From positions 21,390,001-21,454,000 of the forward strand of contig OZ059900.1 in NCBI GenBank assembly GCA_964057225.1: a stretch of 64,000 nt of DNA. Direction: 5' to 3'. Position numbers and translations under genes: made by a program. Position 1 is the first letter of the stretch, and every line of letters begins with the position of its first letter. Source of the DNA: Auanema rhodensis (Eukaryota > Animalia > Nematoda). The notes beneath the pieces are model-generated. The model made no database searches. It saw only the letters and a list, made by a program, of their open reading frames with translations, and was not told where the DNA came from. This document shows positions 54,457-64,000 of this stretch, one piece after another.

Positions 54457-57400
54457 ACCTAGCTCAAAATTGTTCGTACAACGTCTAATTCCACTTTCAC
54501 GACAAAAGAACAGGGGTTAGAAAATTAAGGAAATTAGCATATTCTGAGGGCACGCCCCTTATGGCTAATATTGATTAAATCGATTTTTGTTCATATGAGT
54601 CGTCAAATGCAACGAATTTCAGCGTGTTACATACTAAAATGAAGCATTTTACATGCTGAACACTAGAAAAATACAAAAACACAGTATTTCCCATGAGAAA
54701 TATTTTATTATGCTGGAAAACCAGTTTTTGGAAATTTCGCTGTAAACAAGGTTTTGACTTACGATTTCATGTGTTCAAACTCATGCAATGTCAATGAAAC
54801 CTAGCTCAAAATTGTTCGTACAACGTCTAGTTCCACTTTCACGACAAAAAAACAGGGGTTAGAAAATTAAGGAAATTAGCATATTCTGAGGGCACGCCCC
54901 TTATGGCTAATATTGATTAAATCGATTTTTGTTCATATGAGTCGTCAAATGCAACAAATTTCAGCGTGTTACATACTAAAATGAAGCATTTTACAAGCTG
55001 AACACTAGAAAAATACAAAAACACAGTTTTTCCCATGAGAAATATTTTATTATGCTGGAAAACCAGTTTTTGGAAATTTCGCTGTAAACAAGGTTTTGAC
55101 TTACGATTTCATGTGTTCAAACTCATGCAATGTCAATGAAACCTAGCTCAAAATTGTTCGTACAACGTCTAGTTCCACTTTCACGACAAAAAAACAGGGG
55201 TTAGAAAATTAAGGAAATTAGCATATTCTGAGGGCACGCCCCTTATGGCTAATATTGATTAAATCGATTTTTGTTCATATGAGTCGTCAAATGCAACAAA
55301 TTTCAGCGTGTTACATACTAAAATGAATCATTTTACAAGCTGAACACTAGAAAAATACAAAAACACAGTTTTTCCCATGAGAAATATTTTATTATGCTGG
55401 AAACCAGTTTTTGGAATTTTCGCTGTAAACAAGGTTTTGACTTACGATTTCATGTGTTCAAACTCATGCAATGTCAATGAAACCTAGCTCAAAATTGTTC
55501 GTACAACGTCTAGTTCCACTTTCACGACAAAAAAACAGGGGTTAGAAAATTTAGGAAATTAGCATATTCTGAGGGCACGCCCCTTATGGCTAATATTGAT
55601 TAAATCGATTTTGGTTCATATGAGTCGTCAAATGCAACGAATTTCAGCGTGTTACATACTAAAATGAAGCATTTTACATGCTGAACACTAGAAAAATACA
55701 AAACACAGTTTTTCCCATGAGAAATATTTTATTATGCTGGAAAACCAGTTTTTGGAAATTTCGCTGTAAACAAGGTTTTGACTTACGATTTCATGTGTTC
55801 AAACTCATGCAATGTCAATGAAACCTAGCTCAAAATTGTTCGTACAACGTCTAGTTCCACTTTCACGACAAAAAAACAGGGGTTAGAAAATTTAGGAAAT
55901 TAGCATATTCTGAGGGCACGCCCCTTATGGCTAATATTGATTAAATCGATTTTTGTTCATATGAGTCGTCAAAAGCAACGAATTTCAGCGTGTTACATAC
56001 TAAAATGAAGTATTTTACATGCTGAACACTAGAAAAATACAAAAACACAGTATTTCCCATGAGAAATATTTTATTATGCTGGAAAACCAGTTTTTGGAAA
56101 TTTCGCTGTAAACAAGGTTTTGACTTACGATTTCATGTGTTCAAACTCATGCAATGTCAATGAAACCTTGCTCAAAATTGTTCCTACAACGTCTAGTTCC
56201 ACTTTCACGACAAAAAAACAGGGGTTAGAAAATTAAGGAAATTAGCATATTCTGAGGGCACGCCCCTTATGGCTAATATTGATTAAATCGATTTTTGTTC
56301 ATATGAGTCGTCAAATGAAACGAATTTCAGGGTGTTACATACTAAAATGAAGCATTTTACATGCTGAACACTATAAAAATACAAAAACACAGTATTTCCC
56401 ATGAGAAATATTTTATTATGCTGGAAAACCAGTTTTTGGAAAGTTCGCTGTAAACAAGGTTTTGACTTACGATTTCATGTGTTCAAACTCATGCAATGTC
56501 AATGAAACCTAGCTCAAAATTGTTCCTACAACGTCTAATTCCACTTTCACGACAAAAAAACAGGGGTTAGAAAATTAAGGAAATTAGCATATTCTGAGGG
56601 CACGCCCCTTATGGCTAATATTGATTAAATCGATTTTTGTTCATATGAGTCGTCAAATGAAACGAATTTCAGCGTGTTACATACTATAATGGAGTATTTT
56701 ACATGCTGAACACTAGAAAAATACAAAAACACAGTATTTCCCATGAGAAATATTTTATTATGCTGGAAAACCAGTTTTTGGAAATTTCGCTGTAAACAAG
56801 GTTTTGACTTACGATTTCATGTGTTCAAACTCATGCAATGTCAATGAAACCTAGCTCAAAATTGTTCCTACAACGTCTAGTTCCACTTTCACGACAAAAA
56901 ACAGGGGTTAGAAAATTAAGGAAATTAGCATATTCTGAGGGCACGCCCCTTATGGCTTATATTGATTAAATCGATTTTTGTTCATATGAGTCGTCAAATG
57001 CAACGAATTTCAGCGTGTTACATACTAAAATGAAGCATTTTACATGCTGAACACTAGAAAAATACAAAAACACAGTATTTCCCATGAGAAATATTTTATT
57101 ATGCTGGAAAACCAGTTTTTGGAAATTTCGCTGCAAACAAGGTTTTGACTTACGATTTCATGTGTTCAAACTCATGCAATGTCAATGAAACCTAGCTCAA
57201 AATTGTTCGTACAACGTCTAATTCCACTTTCACGACAAAAGAACAGGGGTTAGAAAATTAAGGAAATTAGCATATTCTGAGGGCACGCCCCTTATGGCTA
57301 ATATTGATTAAATCGATTTTTGTTCATATGAGTCGTCAAATGCAACGAATTTCAGCGTGTTACATACTAAAATGAAGCATTTTACATGCTGAACACTAGA

Positions 57401-59922
57401 AAAATACAAAAACACAGTATTTCCCATGAGAAATATTTTATTATGCTGGAAAACCAGTTTTTGGAAATTTCGCTGTAAACAAGGTTTTGACTTACGATTT
57501 CATGTGTTCAAACTCATGCAATGTCAATGAAACCTAGCTCAAAATTGTTCGTACAACGTCTAGTTCCACTTTCACGACAAAAAAACAGGGGTTAGAAAAT
57601 TAAGGAAATTAGCATATTCTGAGGGCACGCCCCTTATGGCTAATATTGATTAAATCGATTTTTGTTCATATGAGTCGTCAAATGCAACAAATTTCAGCGT
57701 GTTACATACTAAAATGAAGCATTTTACAAGCTGAACACTAGAAAAATACAAAAACACAGTTTTTCCCATGAGAAATATTTTATTATGCTGGAAAACCAGT
57801 TTTTGGAAATTTCGCTGTAAACAAGGTTTTGACTTACGATTTCATGTGTTCAAACTCATGCAATGTCAATGAAACCTAGCTCAAAATTGTTCGTACAACG
57901 TCTAGTTCCACTTTCACGACAAAAAAACAGGGGTTAGAAAATTAAGGAAATTAGCATATTCTGAGGGCACGCCCCTTATGGCTAATATTGATTAAATCGA
58001 TTTTTGTTCATATGAGTCGTCAAATGCAACAAATTTCAGCGTGTTACATACTAAAATGAAGCATTTTACAAGCTGAACACTAGAAAAATACAAAAACACA
58101 GTTTTTCCCATGAGAAATATTTTATTATGCTGGAAACCAGTTTTTGGAATTTTCGCTGTAAACAAGGTTTTGACTTACGATTTCATGTGTTCAAACTCAT
58201 GCAATGTCAATGAAACCTAGCTCAAAATTGTTCGTACAACGTCTAGTTCCACTTTCACGACAAAAAAACAGGGGTTAGAAAATTTAGGAAATTAGCATAT
58301 TCTGAGGGCACGCCCCTTATGGCTAATATTGATTAAATCGATTTTGGTTCATATGAGTCGTCAAATGCAACGAATTTCAGCGTGTTACATACTAAAATGA
58401 AGCATTTTACATGCTGAACACTAGAAAAATACAAAACACAGTTTTTCCCATGAGAAATATTTTATTATGCTGGAAAACCAGTTTTTGGAAATTTCGCTGT
58501 AAACAAGGTTTTGACTTACGATTTCATGTGTTCAAACTCATGCAATGTCAATGAAACCTAGCTCAAAATTGTTCGTACAACGTCTAGTTCCACTTTCACG
58601 ACAAAAAAACAGGGGTTAGAAAATTTAGGAAATTAGCATATTCTGAGGGCACGCCCCTTATGGCTAATATTGATTAAATCGATTTTTGTTCATATGAGTC
58701 GTCAAAAGCAACGAATTTCAGCGTGTTACATACTAAAATGAAGTATTTTACATGCTGAACACTAGAAAAATACAAAAACACAGTATTTCCCATGAGAAAT
58801 ATTTTATTATGCTGGAAAACCAGTTTTTGGAAATTTCGCTGTAAACAAGGTTTTGACTTACGATTTCATGTGTTCAAACTCATGCAATGTCAATGAAACC
58901 TTGCTCAAAATTGTTCCTACAACGTCTAGTTCCACTTTCACGACAAAAAAACAGGGGTTAGAAAATTAAGGAAATTAGCATATTCTGAGGGCACGCCCCT
59001 TATGGCTAATATTGATTAAATCGATTTTTGTTCATATGAGTCGTCAAATGAAACGAATTTCAGGGTGTTACATACTAAAATGAAGCATTTTACATGCTGA
59101 ACACTATAAAAATACAAAAACACAGTATTTCCCATGAGAAATATTTTATTATGCTGGAAAACCAGTTTTTGGAAAGTTCGCTGTAAACAAGGTTTTGACT
59201 TACGATTTCATGTGTTCAAACTCATGCAATGTCAATGAAACCTAGCTCAAAATTGTTCCTACAACGTCTAATTCCACTTTCACGACAAAAAAACAGGGGT
59301 TAGAAAATTAAGGAAATTAGCATATTCTGAGGGCACGCCCCTTATGGCTAATATTGATTAAATCGATTTTTGTTCATATGAGTCGTCAAATGAAACGAAT
59401 TTCAGCGTGTTACATACTATAATGGAGTATTTTACATGCTGAACACTAGAAAAATACAAAAACACAGTATTTCCCATGAGAAATATTTTATTATGCTGGA
59501 AAACCAGTTTTTGGAAATTTCGCTGTAAACAAGGTTTTGACTTACGATTTCATGTGTTCAAACTCATGCAATGTCAATGAAACCTAGCTCAAAATTGTTC
59601 CTACAACGTCTAGTTCCACTTTCACGACAAAAAACAGGGGTTAGAAAATTAAGGAAATTAGCATATTCTGAGGGCACGCCCCTTATGGCTTATATTGATT
59701 AAATCGATTTTTGTTCATATGAGTCGTCAAATGCAACGAATTTCAGCGTGTTACATACTATAATGGAGTATTTTACATGCTGAACACTAGAAAAATACAA
59801 AAACACAGTATTTCCCATGAGAAATATTTTATTATGCTGGAAAACCAGTTTTTGGAAATTTCGCTGTAAACAAGGTTTTGACTTACGATTTCATGTGTTC
59901 GAACTCATGCAATGTCAATGAA
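54457..59922 (+). repeat. 8-mer tandem duplication, 2,733 bp x2, paralogous to 28139-33945
   Basis: The aaagaac monomers at 54457 and 57190 are followed by the same variant series. Confidence 0.85.
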
Positions 59923-62900
59923 ACCTAGCTCAAAATTGTTCCTACAACGTCTAGTTCCACTTTCACGACAAAAAACAGGGGTTAGAAAATTAAGGAAATT
60001 AGCATATTCTGAGGGCACGCCCCTTATGGCTAATATTGATTAAATCGATTTTTGTTCATATGAGTCGTCAAATGCAACGAATTTCAGCGTGTTACATACT
60101 AAAATGAAGCATTTTACATGCTGAACACTAAAAAAATACAAAAACACAGTATTTCCCATGAGAAATATTTTATTATGCTGGAAAACCAGTTTTTGGAAAT
60201 TTCGCTGTAAACAAGGTTTTGACTTACGATTTCATGTGTTCAAACTCATGCAATGTCAATGAAACCTAGCTCAAAATTGTTCCTACAACGTCTAATTCCA
60301 CTTTCACGACAAAAAAACAGGGGTTAGAAAATTAAGGAAATTAGCATATTCTGAGGGCACGCCCCTTATGGCTAATATTGATTAAATCGATTTTTGTTCA
60401 TATGAGTCGTCAAATGCAACGAATTTCAGCGTGTTACATACTAAAATGAAGTATTTTACATGCTGAACACTAGAAAAATACAAAAACACAGTATTTCCCA
60501 TGAGAAATATTTTATTATGCTGGAAAACCAGTTTTTGGAAATTTCGCTGTAAACAAGGTTTTGACTTACGATTTCATGTGTTCAAACTCATGCAATGTCA
60601 ATGAAACCTAGCTCAAAATTGTTCCTACAACGTCTAGTTCCACTTTCACGACAAAAAACAGGGGTTAGAAAATTAAGGAAATTAGCATATTCTGAGGGCA
60701 CGCCCCTTATGGCTTATATTGATTAAATCGATTTTTGTTCATATGAGTCGTCAAATGCAACGAATTTCAGCGTGTTACATACTAAAATGGAGTATTTTAC
60801 ATGCTGAACACTAGAAAAATACAAAAACACAGTATTTCCCATGAGAAATATTTTATTATGCTGGAAAACCAGTTTTTGGAAATTTCGCTGTAAACAAGGT
60901 TTTGACTTACGATTTCATGTGTTCGAACTCATGCAATGTCAATGAAACCTAGCTCAAAATTGTTCCTACAACGTCTAGTTCCACTTTCACGACAAAAAAC
61001 AGGGGTTAGAAAATTAAGGAAATTAGCATATTCTGAGGGCACGCCCCTTATGGCTAATATTGATTAAATCGATTTTTGTTCATATGAGTCGTCAAATGCA
61101 ACGAATTTCAGCGTGTTACATACTAAAATGAAGCATTTTACATGCTGAACACTAGAAAAATACAAAAACACAGTATTTCCCATGAGAAATATTTTATTAT
61201 GCTGGAAAACCAGTTTTTGGAAATTTCGCTGTAAACAAGGTTTTGACTTACGATTTCATGTGTTCAAACTCATGCAATGTCAATGAAACCTTGCTCAAAA
61301 TTGTTCCTACAACGTCTAGTTCCACTTTCACGACAAAAAAACAGGGGTTAGAAAATTAAGGAAATTAGCATATTCTGAGGGCACGCCCCTTATGGCTAAT
61401 ATTGATTAAATCGATTTTTGTTCATATGAGTCGTCAAATGAAACGAATTTCAGGGTGTTACATACTAAAATGAAGCATTTTACATGCTGAACACTATAAA
61501 AATACAAAAACACAGTATTTCCCATGAGAAATATTTTATTATGCTGGAAAACCAGTTTTTGGAAAGTTCGCTGTAAACAAGGTTTTGACTTACGATTTCA
61601 TGTGTTCAAACTCATGCAATGTCAATGAAACCTAGCTCAAAATTGTTCCTACAACGTCTAATTCCACTTTCACGACAAAAAAACAGGGGTTAGAAAATTA
61701 AGGAAATTAGCATATTCTGAGGGCACGCCCCTTATGGCTAATATTGATTAAATCGATTTTTGTTCATATGAGTCGTCAAATGAAACGAATTTCAGCGTGT
61801 TACATACTATAATGGAGTATTTTACATGCTGAACACTAGAAAAATACAAAAACACAGTATTTCCCATGAGAAATATTTTATTATGCTGGAAAACCAGTTT
61901 TTGGAAATTTCGCTGTAAACAAGGTTTTGACTTACGATTTCATGTGTTCAAACTCATGCAATGTCAATGAAACCTAGCTCAAAATTGTTCCTACAACGTC
62001 TAGTTCCACTTTCACGACAAAAAACAGGGGTTAGAAAATTAAGGAAATTAGCATATTCTGAGGGCACGCCCCTTATGGCTTATATTGATTAAATCGATTT
62101 TTGTTCATATGAGTCGTCAAATGCAACGAATTTCAGCGTGTTACATACTATAATGGAGTATTTTACATGCTGAACACTAGAAAAATACAAAAACACAGTA
62201 TTTCCCATGAGAAATATTTTATTATGCTGGAAAACCAGTTTTTGGAAATTTCGCTGTAAACAAGGTTTTGACTTACGATTTCATGTGTTCGAACTCATGC
62301 AATGTCAATGAAACCTAGCTCAAAATTGTTCCTACAACGTCTAGTTCCACTTTCACGACAAAAAACAGGGGTTAGAAAATTAAGGAAATTAGCATATTCT
62401 GAGGGCACGCCCCTTATGGCTAATATTGATTAAATCGATTTTTGTTCATATGAGTCGTCAAATGCAACGAATTTCAGCGTGTTACATACTAAAATGAAGC
62501 ATTTTACATGCTGAACACTAAAAAAATACAAAAACACAGTATTTCCCATGAGAAATATTTTATTATGCTGGAAAACCAGTTTTTGGAAATTTCGCTGTAA
62601 ACAAGGTTTTGACTTACGATTTCATGTGTTCAAACTCATGCAATGTCAATGAAACCTAGCTCAAAATTGTTCCTACAACGTCTAATTCCACTTTCACGAC
62701 AAAAAAACAGGGGTTAGAAAATTAAGGAAATTAGCATATTCTGAGGGCACGCCCCTTATGGCTAATATTGATTAAATCGATTTTTGTTCATATGAGTCGT
62801 CAAATGCAACGAATTTCAGCGTGTTACATACTAAAATGAAGTATTTTACATGCTGAACACTAGAAAAATACAAAAACACAGTATTTCCCATGAGAAATAT

Positions 62901-63677
62901 TTTATTATGCTGGAAAACCAGTTTTTGGAAATTTCGCTGTAAACAAGGTTTTGACTTACGATTTCATGTGTTCAAACTCATGCAATGTCAATGAAACCTA
63001 GCTCAAAATTGTTCCTACAACGTCTAGTTCCACTTTCACGACAAAAAACAGGGGTTAGAAAATTAAGGAAATTAGCATATTCTGAGGGCACGCCCCTTAT
63101 GGCTTATATTGATTAAATCGATTTTTGTTCATATGAGTCGTCAAATGCAACGAATTTCAGCGTGTTACATACTAAAATGGAGTATTTTACATGCTGAACA
63201 CTAGAAAAATACAAAAACACAGTATTTCCCATGAGAAATATTTTATTATGCTGGAAAACCAGTTTTTGGAAATTTCGCTGTAAACAAGGTTTTGACTTAC
63301 GATTTCATGTGTTCGAACTCATGCAATGTCAATGAAACCTAGCTCAAAATTGTTCCTACAACGTCTAGTTCCACTTTCACGACAAAAAACAGGGGTTAGA
63401 AAATTAAGGAAATTAGCATATTCTGAGGGCACGCCCCTTATGGCTAATATTGATTAAATCGATTTTTGTTCATATGAGTCGTCAAATGCAACGAATTTCA
63501 GCGTGTTACATACTAAAATGAAGCATTTTACATGCTGAACACTAGAAAAATACAAAAACACAGTATTTCCCATGAGAAATATTTTATTATGCTGGAAAAC
63601 CAGTTTTTGGAAATTTCGCTGTAAACAAGGTTTTGACTTACGATTTCATGTGTTCAAACTCATGCAATGTCAATGAA
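58898..63677 (+). repeat. 7-mer tandem duplication, 2,390 bp x2
   Basis: The ccttgc/cagggt monomer occurs at 58898 and 61288, each followed by the same six monomer types (ctataatggagt, gcttat + ttcgaac and others). Confidence 0.87.
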
Positions 63678-64000
63678 ACCTAGCTCAAAATTGTTCCTAC
63701 AACGTCTAATTCCACTTTCACGACAAAAAAACAGGGGTTAGAAAATTAAGGAAATTAGCATATTCTGAGGGCACGCCCCTTATGGCTAATATTGATTAAA
63801 TCGATTTTTGTTCATATGAGTCGTCAAATGCAACGAATTTCAGCGTGTTACATACTAAAATGAAGCATTTTACATGCTGAACACTATAAAAATACAAAAA
63901 CACAGTATTTCCCATGAGAAATATTTTATTATGCTGGAAAACCAGTTTTTGGAAATTTCGCTGTAAACAAGGTTTTGACTTACGATTTCATGTGTTCAAA

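Larger units (their letters stand above)
1..64000. repeat. 342-bp tandem satellite DNA array, about 187 monomers, probably (peri)centromeric or heterochromatic; runs off both window edges
   Basis: The motif acctagctcaaaattgttc recurs at 1, 343, 685, 1027, 1369, 1711 and onward to 63678. Spacing is 342 bp, or 341/343 where an A-tract has a 1-bp indel. Copies differ by a few substitutions and there is no unique intervening sequence. The centromeric location is an inference. Confidence 0.98.
9909..64000 (+). repeat. Right forward-orientation block, about 158 monomers, resuming at monomer position 238
   Basis: The forward sequence restarts with tgagaaatatttt at 9909. The first full monomer starts at 10014 and the last at 63678. 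Confidence 0.95.

Noticed and set aside
1-64000. Protein-coding genes or a repetitive CDS (342 is divisible by 3)
   Set aside because: The monomer is rich in stop codons, 1-bp indels in A-tracts are frequent, and the variants show no codon pattern. I saw no credible ORF.
1-64000. CRISPR array or other prokaryotic repeat system
   Set aside because: There are no unique spacers, the unit is 342 bp and fully repeated, and no cas or other genes are present.

Overview
The whole 64 kb window is one AT-rich (about 66% AT) tandem satellite array with a 342-bp monomer. It holds about 187 copies that differ from consensus by only a few bases each. I found no genes, transposons, CRISPR spacers or unique sequence. 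It looks like eukaryotic (peri)centromeric or heterochromatic satellite DNA, but I cannot assign the species or a named family. The main structural anomaly is a 3,111-bp block in reverse orientation (6799-9909). Its diagnostic variants show it is an inverted, internally rearranged copy of monomers lying 1.3-3.7 kb upstream, not an in-place flip. Both junctions sit on 6-bp inverted microhomologies, and the block is flanked by an apparent 67-bp direct duplication. Tracking variants monomer by monomer also shows nested in-register duplications of 1, 2, 3, 5, 7, 8, 14 and 16 monomers and a long duplication at about 26 kb offset, so higher-order repeats are forming locally. The monomer appears to be a degenerate 2 x ~171-bp dimer with several dyad symmetries and an imperfect CENP-B-box-like motif. 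All comparisons were made by eye and need confirmation by alignment.
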